A DNA stretch of 64,000 nucleotides from Thermoanaerobaculia bacterium (GCA_963664405.1 OY761158.1:4960001-5024000), one strand, 5' to 3'. Positions 20,582 through 30,801 are shown, counted from the stretch's first letter. Made by a program: numbers and translations. Notes: a model not told the origin generated them from the letters alone.

Positions 20582-21264
20582 CTTTTCCTTTCGCGAAACT
20601 GTTTTCTCACGGCGGAAGGCGTGACCTTGATCTTGCTCCAGCGGGCGACGGTCTCAGGGTCGATGGGGTCTTTGCCGGCGAGAAACATCTCCATGTAGGG
20701 GAAGTCGTCGTAGCCGAAGAAGAGCTCCTCTCGAACGATCATCGTCGGCACGGCGAAAACTCCGGCGGCGATGGCGTCGTCGGTCTGCCGGCGCAGGCGC
20801 GCCTTGATCTCGGGATCGCTCGCCTTCTCGACGATCGCTCGACCGTCGAGGCCGGCGGCATCGGCCACCGCCTCGACAACCGCCGGCTCGCTGACGTGGC
20901 GCCTCTCGGCCCAGACCGCGAGAAAGAGCCCGTCGATGAGGCGCCGCCGTGGGTCGGGCTCTAGATCCAGGGAAGACACCCGCAGCGAGAGAAGGGGGTT
21001 GTACGGGTGGTGCAGGGGCGGCTGTAGCGGCACGCCGAGAATCGCCGCCTTGCGCATGACGTTTCGCCCCATCCACCTCGCTTTGGGTCTCACCTCGGCC
21101 GGACCCATCTGGCCGTGGGCGCCGAGCAGGCCGGCGAAGAGCACCGGGATCGGCTCGAGGGTGACGCCGTATTCTTCTTCGAGGCGTGCCAGCTGGGTCC
21201 AGGCGATATAGGCGTTATTCGAGATGTAGTCGAAGTAGAAGCGTAGTGGATCGTTGGCGGTCAT
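20578..21264 (-). CDS. DsbA/2-hydroxychromene-2-carboxylate isomerase family
   Basis: FYFDYISNNAY, GVFAVPT, ELFFGYD. Confidence 0.88.
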   Translation of the reverse strand: MTANDPLRFYFDYISNNAYIAWTQLARLEEEYGVTLEPIPVLFAGLLGAHGQMGPAEVRPKARWMGRNVMRKAAILGVPLQPPLHHPYNPLLSLRVSSLDLEPDPRRRLIDGLFLAVWAERRHVSEPAVVEAVADAAGLDGRAIVEKASDPEIKARLRRQTDDAIAAGVFAVPTMIVREELFFGYDDFPYMEMFLAGKDPIDPETVARWSKIKVTPSAVRKQFRERKS

Positions 21265-21273
21265 GGGATGGGC

Positions 21274-23082
21274 TCAGCGAGAGGCGCCGGTCGGACTCTG
21301 CCCTGCTGGCGGCAGGACGGCCGCGCCTGGCTTCTCGATCCACCAAGAACGTGTGCCAGGGCGAAACGCGGTTACGCCAGAGGGAGCGACCTCGACTCCT
21401 CTCATTCGCTTCGAGAAGCCCCAGGTCGTGCTGTACTCCCACAACCAGAGCACCGCCTGATCCTCGTAGACGACACGCTGAATCTCGCGAAAAAGCCCCG
21501 CACGCTTCTCCCTGTCGAGCTCGAGGCGGGAGCGGTCGAAGAGCTCGTCGACTTCGGGGTTGGAGTAGCTATCGTAATTACGGCCATTGTCGATGGCGTC
21601 GGTGTGGAAGAAGTTGCGCCAGATGTCGGGGTCGGAGAACACCTGGTAGGTGTCGATGTGACCGACGTACTCGTGCTCGACCATCATCTGTTGCCGGCTG
21701 GCGTTCTCCTGGATCTCGGTGGCGAAGGAGACACCGATTCGACGTAGGTCGTCGCGATAGATGTCGGCAAAGCGGCGGGCATCGACGAAGGACTGAGCAA
21801 GGTTCAAGACGAAGTGGAATTGCACCCGCTCGCCGTCGATGGTTTTGTAACGCCAGCCGTCGTCGGGGTCGGTCAGCCAACCGGCTTCGTCGAGGAGCGC
21901 CGCTGCCCGATCGAGGTCGTAATCGAGGATCTCGATGTCGGGGTTGTGAGCCCAGTGGGTCGGGCCGAACATTCCGTTCGACGGCGTGTAGAGATTCCAG
22001 GTAACCTGGCGTAAGACGCGCTTGCGGTCGTAGGCGTGAGCCATTGCTTGACGCACCCGCTTGTCGGTAAAAAAGGGAGTCTTGCCGCTCTTGTCCCAGC
22101 CGATGAAGGCCTGCATCCAACGTGGTTTCCAAGCCTTGACGCCGACTTCGCGAAACGCTTCGTCGTTGGTCTGGCTGCCGTGCTGTTGCACCGTGAGCCA
22201 GATGTCGTCGAGCGTGCCTTTGCGGAACTGCAGAAGAGCTGTGTTGCGGTCGGGCTGGCTGGTGACTACCTGGCGCCAGATCGGGGGCTGCTCGAAGGGG
22301 TAATCCTCCCAACGTTCCACCACGACCCGGTCCCCCTCGATCCATTCGACGAAGCGATAGGGCCCGTTGCCGATGCCAAGCTCCCTCTTGTAGCGATTGA
22401 AGAAGGTGCTCGAGCGCATGGTGGGATCTTTGGCGCGCTCTTCGGGGTTGTCGAGAAGATGCTTCGGCAGAGTGGGGAAGTACATATTGTCGATCGCCAA
22501 CGCTGTGATCTGGCGATGGACCACCTCGAAAGTGTGGTCGTCGAGAACGCGGATGTCGTCGATCTCTGAGACTTTGTACTTCGCATCGAGTGCGGGAACG
22601 CTGTCGTCGGAGATGGCCTCATAGGTGAAGCGCACGTCGTGCGCGGTGAACGGCTCGCCGTCGTGCCACCGCAGAAAAGGATGCAGATGGACGCGATGAA
22701 TGAGTCCGCCTTCGAGCTCCTCGACGTGGTCGACGATGTTGGGGTTCCAGACCGCCTGCAGCTCCGAGTTGCGATGCGCAACGTAATCGAAGAGGAGCTC
22801 GTAGAGATAGCCGTCCGCCCAGGCACCGGAGAAGAGGGGGTTCAAGGAAGTTGGCTTGTCGAGCGCGTAGCGGATCACGGTGGCTTCGGTATCGGCTCGA
22901 TAGCGCTCGGACTCGGTGAGCGGCTCGAAGAGCGATGCAGGGTTTGCCGCTGGATCGGCAACCGGATCGTAGGACTGGCTCGAGTCCGATGTCTGTCTGG
23001 GGTCGCTCAGACAGCCCGCGAAAAAGGCTGCTGCGGCGATGAGGGGAGCACCCACAGAACGAGCGGATCGTCTCGATTCCAT
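21274..23082 (-). CDS. ABC transporter peptide-binding lipoprotein (family 5)
   Basis: Lipobox AGC, RWHDGEPFTAHDVRFT, GNGPYRF, DKRVRQAM. Confidence 0.9.
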   Translation of the reverse strand: MESRRSARSVGAPLIAAAAFFAGCLSDPRQTSDSSQSYDPVADPAANPASLFEPLTESERYRADTEATVIRYALDKPTSLNPLFSGAWADGYLYELLFDYVAHRNSELQAVWNPNIVDHVEELEGGLIHRVHLHPFLRWHDGEPFTAHDVRFTYEAISDDSVPALDAKYKVSEIDDIRVLDDHTFEVVHRQITALAIDNMYFPTLPKHLLDNPEERAKDPTMRSSTFFNRYKRELGIGNGPYRFVEWIEGDRVVVERWEDYPFEQPPIWRQVVTSQPDRNTALLQFRKGTLDDIWLTVQQHGSQTNDEAFREVGVKAWKPRWMQAFIGWDKSGKTPFFTDKRVRQAMAHAYDRKRVLRQVTWNLYTPSNGMFGPTHWAHNPDIEILDYDLDRAAALLDEAGWLTDPDDGWRYKTIDGERVQFHFVLNLAQSFVDARRFADIYRDDLRRIGVSFATEIQENASRQQMMVEHEYVGHIDTYQVFSDPDIWRNFFHTDAIDNGRNYDSYSNPEVDELFDRSRLELDREKRAGLFREIQRVVYEDQAVLWLWEYSTTWGFSKRMRGVEVAPSGVTAFRPGTRSWWIEKPGAAVLPPAGQSPTGASR

Positions 23083-23160
23083 CCAAACACCGTAGCAGAG
23101 AGGCTCAGTCTCCGGAAGTGATTGCTGTCACTTCCTGCGGCTAGCCGAGTCGAGGATCAA

Positions 23161-23260
23161 CCGGGGCTAGGAGCGTGTCCGAGAATTCGGACACGCGAGT
23201 AGTTCTTAGGGGGGGATGGGCCGGAGAACGGGCCGCAGGCCCGTTTTTCCGGGGCTAGGA
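23161..23260. repeat. palindromic MITE-like remnant
   Basis: 12-bp direct repeat CCGGGGCTAGGA (23161, 23249) around palindrome GCGTGTCCGAGAATTCGGACACGC and hairpin AACGGGCCGCAGGCCCGTT. Confidence 0.55.
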
Positions 23261-23315
23261 TAAGCTCTTATGCCTCCGCTATCGGATCCAGCTCGAGAGG
23301 AGGTCGCTCGACTCG

Positions 23316-24248
23316 ATGAAGACGATCGTAGCCCTGTTGTCTCTTACAGCTACCGTCGCGGCGTCGGCCCAGGAACCCTGCAAGCCCTCTCGATGGGGGG
23401 CGGACGACGAGATCGGCAACACCAATCTGATCACCACCGAATCGGTGCTTGCGGCGTCGAAGCTGATCACGACCGGCAAGACCTACAGTCTCGGCATCAC
23501 TATCGACAGTACGACGCCCGCCTTCGCGCCACGCGGAATGATGCTGCAGGTGGTCCAGCCGAATCAGCAGCAGGGGCGGGCCGCCTTCCCCAACGCGACT
23601 TACAACGATGACATTTTTCAGGGCTGGTTCGGTATCGGTCCCCAGATCGACGGCCTGGGCCACATCGGCTCTCCCGACGGCGTGTACTACAACTGCAATG
23701 ACGCCAAAGATTTCGCCTTCATCACCGGCTTGACCAAGCTGGGCATCGAGAAGGTGCCGCCCATCGTCGCCCGCGGCATCGTGCTCGACATGGCCGGGCA
23801 TTTCGGCGTCGACCATATGGAAGCGGGCCAGTCTTTCACGGTCGATGACGTCAAGGCAGTGGAAAAGAAGCAGGCGACGCCGGTACAAGAGGGCGACGTG
23901 GTCCTGTTCCACACCGGCTGGACCGACGCCAAGCTGGAGTCGGATCCCGACACCTGGGGGACCGCCGAGCCGGGCCAGAGTGAGGAGGTCGCGCGCTATC
24001 TCGCTTCGAAGAACGTAGTGGCGGTTGGCGCCGACACCTGGGGTGTCGACGTCGTGCCTCCCGCTGATGCGAACCGCCCCTTCCAGGGGCATGTGATTCT
24101 GCTACAGGAGAACGGCATCCACATTCTCGAGACCATGAATACCGGACCGCTCGTGCGCGACGGGGCCTTCGAGTTCATGTTCGTGCTCGGCCAGGCGAAG
24201 GTGAGAGGCGCCGTTCAGATGATCATCAATCCGATCGCGATTCGTTGA
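23316..24248 (+). CDS. cyclase family (kynurenine formamidase-like) protein; island target gene
   Basis: WGADDEIG, QIDGLGH, ARGIVLD, GDVVLFHTGW, VGADTW, INPIAIR. Confidence 0.9.
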   Translation: MKTIVALLSLTATVAASAQEPCKPSRWGADDEIGNTNLITTESVLAASKLITTGKTYSLGITIDSTTPAFAPRGMMLQVVQPNQQQGRAAFPNATYNDDIFQGWFGIGPQIDGLGHIGSPDGVYYNCNDAKDFAFITGLTKLGIEKVPPIVARGIVLDMAGHFGVDHMEAGQSFTVDDVKAVEKKQATPVQEGDVVLFHTGWTDAKLESDPDTWGTAEPGQSEEVARYLASKNVVAVGADTWGVDVVPPADANRPFQGHVILLQENGIHILETMNTGPLVRDGAFEFMFVLGQAKVRGAVQMIINPIAIR

Positions 24249-24510
24249 GGGGCAACGTCCTATTCTCGTCTGTGATCAATAGAATCATAGGCTTACGAGG
24301 ACTCCGCTCTTTGCGAGCCAGGTGCCACCCGAAAGTGTCGAACGAAGAGCAGATAGAGACTCAGAGACGTCCCGGCCAGCAATCCACCAACAAACGGGTG
24401 GCACCGTTGGCAGCCGAAGGCTGCCGGGGGCACGCGAGCGCGTAGAGGAATGGATTCACATTTGCGACGGGCGATGATCTCGTGATCCGATGCCAGAGGG
24501 AGGCCAGAGA

Positions 24511-25348
24511 ATGAAGCTCAAACAACCGACCTTTCTCATCCCGCTTGGCGGTCTCGTTCTGGTGCTGGGGATGGGCTGCTCGGATGCCTTGCCAGAGGCC
24601 GAGAAGGGAGAACAGGGAGGGGCCCGACGTCGCGTCACCGGTCCCGGCATCGGGAGCTGAAAAGCCCACAAGCTTGCCTATCGTCGACCGAGCCATCGAA
24701 TTCCACGGCGGCGACATCTACGAGGCCTCAAGGACCGCTCTAACGGTGACGTCGCGGTCGGGAAGTTTCGACCTCCTCGTGACGAGGAACAGCGGCGAGT
24801 TCGACTACACCGTGACGGGAAAGGTCGGCCGCGACCAGGTCGAGCGCAAGGTCCACTACATGAACACATCGGTGGAGCGTTGGGACAATGGTGAACCGTT
24901 CGAGCTCGACGAGGAAACGGCGCAGCGGGCCCGCAATTTCGTGAACGCCAGGGTCTACTTCCCCTTCCTGCCGTATGGGATCAATGGCGCTGAGGTATAC
25001 CGGGAGGATCTCGGGGTCGACATCTGGGAGGGCAAAGAGCTACACAAGGTTCGAGTGAGCTTCGAGCCGGGCACGTCGACGGACGCCGACGACCAATACA
25101 TGTACTGGTTCGATCCGGAGACCGGCGAGATGGCGATGTTCGGGTACGACTTCACGAACGGCCTTCGCCTGCGCAAGGTCAGCGGGTCGCAGCGGGTTGG
25201 CGGTGTGCTCTTCACGGATCAGGAGAACTACGCGATCGACGGGCAGGGCTTCTCGGTCCTCCAGCTGACGCCGGACTTCGTCGCCGAGAACATGGAGCTG
25301 CTCTCGACCGTGAAGCTCTCGAACGTGGAGGTGCAGGGGTCGAATTGA
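24511..25348 (+). pseudogene. DUF6503-like lipoprotein with a frameshift near 24615-24622
   Basis: Signal/lipobox MKLKQ...LGMGC is in frame 1; the body (IVDRAIEFHGG, YFPFLPY, DQYMYWFDP) is in frame 2. Confidence 0.75.
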
Positions 25349-25431
25349 GCCTGTCGCGATGCACCGAATTTCACGACCGCCCGCCCCTCCGCTCAGAGGC
25401 TTATTTACTTTCGGCTATTCTTGTCGCAGTC

Positions 25432-25828
25432 CCAAGGGATGAGATGTCAAGACAAATCTTTCCTAGGCCCTCGACGACTTGATATCGAGCGCGGTACTTT
25501 CCGTTACCGAGCCGGTCCGCTACGCGCAGTTCGGTCCTCAGATCGGTTGTGTGAGCGGTGCGGCGTTGGAGATAAGAAGCGAGTTTTGGTGTCCTACTAG
25601 GTTTGTGGACCAACTTCCCAACGGGGCCTCTTAGGCCATTTCTTCTTTCGGTCCTGTGAGGGGGCCTAGTTTCCGCCTGGTGACTTCCACCGTCTTCGAT
25701 GGGGCCGATGACGACACTGGAGACTTCCCCTCGACCTTTCGATCTCGCTGCCGATCCCGCTCCCGATCCAGGCTCCTGAGCTACGTCAGCCTGCAGACGG
25801 CTCGAGCAAGGAGCGGAGAAGGGGTGGC
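25432..25828 (-). ncRNA. putative seekRNA/bridge-RNA region of the IS110 element
   Basis: ~400-bp non-coding region downstream of the transposase, as in IS1111-type elements; RNA boundaries cannot be determined by eye. Confidence 0.55.
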
Positions 25829-26863
25829 TCAGCTCATGGGTTTGTACTCGCTTTCGGTCTTCCACATCGCCAAAACGATGGCCGCGAGCTTGCGCGCCAG
25901 CGTCAGCTGCGCCAGGTTCGGGTTCGTCCCGGCTTCTAGCATGCGGTCGTAGTGGTTGCGGAAGGGGTTGGGCGCCAACATCGTGCGCGCTGAGAGCGCC
26001 GCGCCCTTGAAGACCGCTTTCAGCGGCCGGTTGGATGCCCGATTCAAACCGCGGGTCTGGATCACCGGTGCGCGCACCCAGTGCCCGGACTGCTGGACCC
26101 AGTCCGAGGAGCTCCGAGTCACGATTCCCAGACCACAGTACGACCAAAACTGCCGCTTGGTGCGAAACCGGTGCGGTGTGACCACCGTTGCGAGCAGGAT
26201 CGCGGCTCGCTTCTTGGCAATCCCCGGTGCGGTCTGCAGCGTGCTCCAGACCGGAAACTGCGCAGCCGCAGCGTGCATCTGTTTCTCTGCTTTCTCGTGG
26301 AGCTCTGCGAGCAAATCGATCTGCTCGCCCCAGATCTCCGCGCACGGACGTCCGCTCGGAGGCAGCTGTTTTACCCACTTCGAGCGATGCCGTGGTAGGT
26401 AGAGGTCGCCGTTGGGGCACGTCACCCCCCGCCGACGGTAAAGGCTGTTCAAGCGCAGCTTCGTGCGAGTCAGATCCTGGGTCAGCTTCGACTCCAGGCG
26501 CACCGCTTCGCGCAAACGAGCCCACTCCTGCCCGGGCTTGTACACCGGCGGGCCCGTCCGATTCGTCCGCAGACGCTCTGCCAGCTCCCGAGCATCGCAG
26601 GCATCGCTCTTCGGACCTCGACGCTTCTCGGGCCGACAGACCACCAGGCGAGCCACCCACGGTGTCAGAATCTCTGAGATCCACTCGCCCCACTCGCCCT
26701 CTTCCACACAGACGTGCAGCGGCCCTCGAAGCTCCCGCACCGTCTTGACCAGCTCCGACCCTTCGGTCGGCACCACCATCTGCTTGACCTTCTTGCCTCG
26801 CGGGCTCACCAACGCCAGCGTGCAGCTGTCGCGGTGGGGATCGATGCCAAGGTATCGTTCCAT
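25829..26863 (-). CDS. IS110-family transposase/recombinase
   Basis: YLGIDPH, CVEE, KSDACDARELA (DEDD RuvC-like), PGIA, SYCGL...SS, LARKLA; the SD lies in a GGTCCTCC...GGAGGACC hairpin. Confidence 0.93.
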   Translation of the reverse strand: MERYLGIDPHRDSCTLALVSPRGKKVKQMVVPTEGSELVKTVRELRGPLHVCVEEGEWGEWISEILTPWVARLVVCRPEKRRGPKSDACDARELAERLRTNRTGPPVYKPGQEWARLREAVRLESKLTQDLTRTKLRLNSLYRRRGVTCPNGDLYLPRHRSKWVKQLPPSGRPCAEIWGEQIDLLAELHEKAEKQMHAAAAQFPVWSTLQTAPGIAKKRAAILLATVVTPHRFRTKRQFWSYCGLGIVTRSSSDWVQQSGHWVRAPVIQTRGLNRASNRPLKAVFKGAALSARTMLAPNPFRNHYDRMLEAGTNPNLAQLTLARKLAAIVLAMWKTESEYKPMS

Positions 26864-27017
26864 CTTGGTCCTCCTTCCTGGGTCCAAGCCCAGGTGTTTG
26901 TGTTTCCCTAAGCTTGACGCCTTCGGGGGAGGACCACTCAAGAATATTCATCGACATCGTCCGGGGGCGCCACCCGCGCGCCATCCCATGATGTTTGCGC
27001 CAGATTTCACGACACGT

Positions 27018-29735
27018 TCACTCGGTAGGCACCAGCCGCTTCAGCTCCTCGAACCAGTTCACGACGACATGGAGCTTGGCGTTGATCTGCTCGTGTGCTC
27101 GCTTCACCACGAAGAGCTGCTGACCGTCCGAGGAGACATCATACGAGCGCCCCGGCGTATCGATGAAATCGGTTTCGAAGACGAGCTGCGCCGGGCCGAA
27201 CTCGATCTTCCGGCCCTGCCTGAACGTGTGCGCGAACCAGCGGTCACCATCGCGATAAAAGAGCTCGTCACAGCCACGGCAGACGTACGGCTCCATGCCT
27301 CCGTTGGTCGAGATCTGCTCATCGGCTTCGTCGCCTGGATAGGAGCGAACTCGAATCTCATAGCGACCCGTCCGGTTCGAACTGTGCGCAAACCATCTCC
27401 CGTCTCGAGAGAAATAGGGCGCGGCCTCGCTGGCGTCGCTACGAGAAGCCCAACGTACTGTATCGTCACCGATCTCTAGAAAGCCGAAACGGAACCTGCC
27501 GTCAAAGCTGTAGACCCCGAGCCTGTCGCCGTCCGGATGCCACGAACCCGGAGCAACGCGGGTCTCTCCCATAAACACTAGTTGCGGTTCCTCGTCGCGA
27601 TCTGCTGCCGCAATGAAGAGCCCATGCCCTTGCCCCGGCATCGCCGCCGTGAAAGCGATCTCATCGCCGTCCTGGCTCCACTTGGGCCAGCCCGCGTTAC
27701 CGGGCACGGTCAGTCTCCTCTCTGTCTTCGCCACGCGGTCCCAAATGACGATGTAGTCGTTGACATCTGCGACCTGAAGGGCGATCCGGGAACCGTCCGG
27801 GGAGAACTCGAAGTAACCGTAGACTCGCTCGGGTAGATCCAGGAACTCGACCGCTTCGGTGCCGCGGTCGATCGATGCGATCTTGCCGATCGCTGCGTCG
27901 CTTCCGGGCACATAGACCAGCGTACCTGTCGCCGAGAAGGCAACCTGAGCTTGGCCGAATAGCGATTCCATCCTCACATCTGGTACAACCGGAACTGAAG
28001 CGCCGAAGACCTCAAGGGCGGCGATGTCAAACGCTACCGCGTAGAGCGTCCCGGAGCGAGCGAACAGCAAGTGACCCGTGGGGACGTATCGCGCGTCGTA
28101 CCCGCGTTCGATCAGTAGCTTTCGCTCCAGTGTCTCTAGCGAGAGCAAATAGGTATTTGCATAGTCGTGGCCGATGCTCGTTAGGGCAGTCTGGATGAGT
28201 GCGTGCTTGCCGTCGGGAAGCACGTCGCTGAGGTATGTTTGACGGCCGCCGACTCCAAGGCTGTCGATCTCGGTGACAGTGCCGCCGGCTTCGGGAACGC
28301 TGCTCAGCGTGAACCCCTCGTCTTCAGCGAAAAAGATCGTTCCGTCAGCTACCCATGCAGCGTGTGTGGGATTCCTCGCCTTGCATACGGTTTGTGGGCG
28401 ATCTCCCTCTCTCAGCGAGACTTTCTTGACCTCTTGGTTGGTCAGGAATCCGAGCCAATCGCCGTCTGGCGAGAAGAATGCAAAGAGGGCGCCCTCCGTT
28501 CCCTCGATCGGCTCAGGTTCATCGAAGCTGTTGATGGGACGCTGGTAGAGCAGGGTGCCCGGGCCGTACTTGCCGATGTAAACGATAAGCGCCCCATCCG
28601 GAGATACGGCTACCTGCGGGCTATCAAACCCGAGAGCTGTTGTACCGAAGCCGAGAGGTGCTTCTGCCGGGAAATCGATCTCTGTGCGCACAACGACTGC
28701 CGCCGTGGGCGGCGACCTAGGCTCGGATCGTTGTCGCCACGCGGTACCAAGCCAAAGACCGGCCGCTAGGGTAGTCAGCGCGACGACGATGACCATAGCC
28801 AACGTGGAAACGGAAAACGCCCCGTGCCCGCCAGCCGGCACGGTCGCCACGACACGCTGCGACTCGGGATTGCGCAGCGCGTCGCTGATCTCGATTCGTG
28901 CGTCGGCGATATCGTGCAACCGATCCCTCGCGGGCTTTGTCAGGCAGCGCCTCAAGAGCCGAACGATCGAAGCTGGTGTCGGCGGCGGAAGTTGCTCCCA
29001 TTCAGGTTCCCGTTCAAGTATCTTTGCGAGTGTTTCGGGAGCCGTCTGCGCATCGAAACCGCGAGATGCAGTTAGCGCCTCAAAGAGGCAGACTCCGAAA
29101 GCCCAAATGTCCGCTCGCCGGTCGACCGCCTGACCTCTCGCCTGCTCGGGAGCCATGTAGGCGGCTGTGCCGAGAATCTGACCCCGTTGAGTTGCTGCAA
29201 GAGTGAGGGTCGGAGACTCGGACAAGCCGTCGTCTCCGCTCGCACTGCCTTCCACAGCCATCGCCTTGGCCAGCCCGAAATCGAGGATCTTGACCTGACC
29301 GTCTTCAGACACTTTGATGTTCGCGGGCTTCAGATCGCGGTGGATGACGCCCTTTTCGTGGGCTGCCTCCAGCCCCTCAGCGATCTGCAAGAAGACGGGC
29401 AATGCTTCGTCGACTGGCATGGCTCCTCTCTTGATGCGATCCGCTAGAGTCTCGCCCTCCACCAGTTCCATGACCAGGAAGCTGGTGTCGCCTTCCCGCT
29501 CGAAGGCGTAGAGCGTGGCTATGTTGTTGTGGTTCAACGAGGCCAGGACCCGCGCCTCGCGCTCGAAGCGAGCCAGACGTTCTGGATCGGTGGAGACCTC
29601 TTCGAGGAGGAGCTTGATCGCCACCTCGCGCCCGAGCTTCGTGTCCATGGCTCGATACACTTCTCCCATGCCTCCCGCACCAAGCGAGGAGACCACTTCG
29701 TAGTGGCCGAGCGTCGAACCAGCTTCCAGCGCCAT
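27018..29735 (-). CDS. Ser/Thr protein kinase with TM helix and PD40/TolB-like beta-propeller (kinase 1)
   Basis: LGAGGMGEVY, VAIK, HRDLKPANI, DFG, YMAPE; repeated FSPDG. Confidence 0.95.
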   Translation of the reverse strand: MALEAGSTLGHYEVVSSLGAGGMGEVYRAMDTKLGREVAIKLLLEEVSTDPERLARFEREARVLASLNHNNIATLYAFEREGDTSFLVMELVEGETLADRIKRGAMPVDEALPVFLQIAEGLEAAHEKGVIHRDLKPANIKVSEDGQVKILDFGLAKAMAVEGSASGDDGLSESPTLTLAATQRGQILGTAAYMAPEQARGQAVDRRADIWAFGVCLFEALTASRGFDAQTAPETLAKILEREPEWEQLPPPTPASIVRLLRRCLTKPARDRLHDIADARIEISDALRNPESQRVVATVPAGGHGAFSVSTLAMVIVVALTTLAAGLWLGTAWRQRSEPRSPPTAAVVVRTEIDFPAEAPLGFGTTALGFDSPQVAVSPDGALIVYIGKYGPGTLLYQRPINSFDEPEPIEGTEGALFAFFSPDGDWLGFLTNQEVKKVSLREGDRPQTVCKARNPTHAAWVADGTIFFAEDEGFTLSSVPEAGGTVTEIDSLGVGGRQTYLSDVLPDGKHALIQTALTSIGHDYANTYLLSLETLERKLLIERGYDARYVPTGHLLFARSGTLYAVAFDIAALEVFGASVPVVPDVRMESLFGQAQVAFSATGTLVYVPGSDAAIGKIASIDRGTEAVEFLDLPERVYGYFEFSPDGSRIALQVADVNDYIVIWDRVAKTERRLTVPGNAGWPKWSQDGDEIAFTAAMPGQGHGLFIAAADRDEEPQLVFMGETRVAPGSWHPDGDRLGVYSFDGRFRFGFLEIGDDTVRWASRSDASEAAPYFSRDGRWFAHSSNRTGRYEIRVRSYPGDEADEQISTNGGMEPYVCRGCDELFYRDGDRWFAHTFRQGRKIEFGPAQLVFETDFIDTPGRSYDVSSDGQQLFVVKRAHEQINAKLHVVVNWFEELKRLVPTE

Positions 29736-29925
29736 TAGATGGGCGGGATCTTATCTCTCACTGACCGGAGTCAGCTGGCAGGAGTCGCTTTCGCCGTGTC
29801 GTCCTCCGCCAGGAATCACGACACCCCCACGAAGCAGAGTACCTCCTGAGTCGGCTCCGTATGGATACCTCAGGAGTACACTCGAGTCTCCGGGAGCATT
29901 CCCGAGTCACGAAAACCAGTTCGTC

Positions 29926-30225
29926 ATGTCCCGTATAGTTCACCGGACCCTTTGGTTGACTCTCTTTCTGGCGATCGCCTTCAATTCTCCACCGGTACTG
30001 ATTCACGCTGGTCCCCTCGGGATTCTTGCTCTGTTGCCTCTCGTCGTTTGGAGCTTGGCCGCGGTGCCCTTTTCCTTCTTTCTTCCGAACCACTTCGGCA
30101 TCACTGACTTCGGGCCGGAACCAGAGACCCCGTTTGCCGTTGGGCTCGTGGTCGCTGTCTGGTGCTTTGTCGCCTGGGTCGGGGCGGTTCTCCTCGTGAG
30201 AATCAAGGAGGCTCGGGAGTCGTGA
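29926..30225 (+). CDS. small membrane protein
   Basis: 99 aa, three hydrophobic segments; GTGA overlap with the next gene. Confidence 0.6.
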   Translation: MSRIVHRTLWLTLFLAIAFNSPPVLIHAGPLGILALLPLVVWSLAAVPFSFFLPNHFGITDFGPEPETPFAVGLVVAVWCFVAWVGAVLLVRIKEARES

Positions 30226-30611
30226 AGGGATCCCTTCCTCGAGGGTTGGCACCGATGTCCTTCAGTTCCGCGTTGGGCTTTGGTATTTGGGCCGCTTCAC
30301 CGTTGATCACCGGTCGTGCAGAGCCCTGGGATGCCGAGATCACGTACTACACGCTCACCTCGGTGATCGGCGCGGCCGTGGTGGGCTACGCCTTCCCCCG
30401 CCATTGGCTGCTCGTCTTCCCCGGAGCCTGGTCAGGCCAGGTGATAGGACTGGCGGTCCTGCCGGGTCTTGACAGGGGATGGCTGCTTCTTGGGGCCATC
30501 ACGACCGGCATCGGCAGCCTACTCTTTCTTCCCGGTTCGGCCCTCGGTGCGCTCGTCGGCCGGCGGACGCGGAAGCGTCGGGGGGCGTCGAAGGAGAAGA
30601 CAGGGGACTAG
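30222..30611 (+). CDS. small membrane protein
   Basis: IWAASPLITGRAEPWDAE motif plus four hydrophobic segments. Confidence 0.7.
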   Translation: MKGSLPRGLAPMSFSSALGFGIWAASPLITGRAEPWDAEITYYTLTSVIGAAVVGYAFPRHWLLVFPGAWSGQVIGLAVLPGLDRGWLLLGAITTGIGSLLFLPGSALGALVGRRTRKRRGASKEKTGD

Positions 30612-30660
30612 CTTGCCTCGGCGGGGAAGGTGTCGTGGTTCGCCAGATTTTGCGACACTC

Positions 30661-30801
30661 TCAGTCGGCGGGCACGCCGCTAGCCAGAACGCCCGAGTCT
30701 TCCAGGTCCTTCTTCAAGTCTTCAAACTCCTTCCGGAGCTTGGCTATCAGCCCCCAGGCAATGATCCCAAATGTCATTCCAATCATTCCAAACACTTCCA
30801 T
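30661..30801 (-). CDS. 46-aa membrane/coiled-coil peptide (not in the ORF track)
   Basis: MEVFGMIGMTFGIIAWGLIAKLRKEFEDLKKDLEDSGVLASGVPAD*; SD GGAG upstream. Confidence 0.65.
   Translation of the reverse strand: MEVFGMIGMTFGIIAWGLIAKLRKEFEDLKKDLEDSGVLASGVPAD

Larger units (their letters stand above)
25432..26997 (-). mobile_element. IS110 family (IS1111-like) element inserted into a 27-bp site
   Basis: Removing it restores TGTCGCAGTC|CGCCAGATTTCACGACA; subterminal IR GGGATG/CATCCC; TTGACA near the right end; long 3' non-coding region. Confidence 0.85.
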
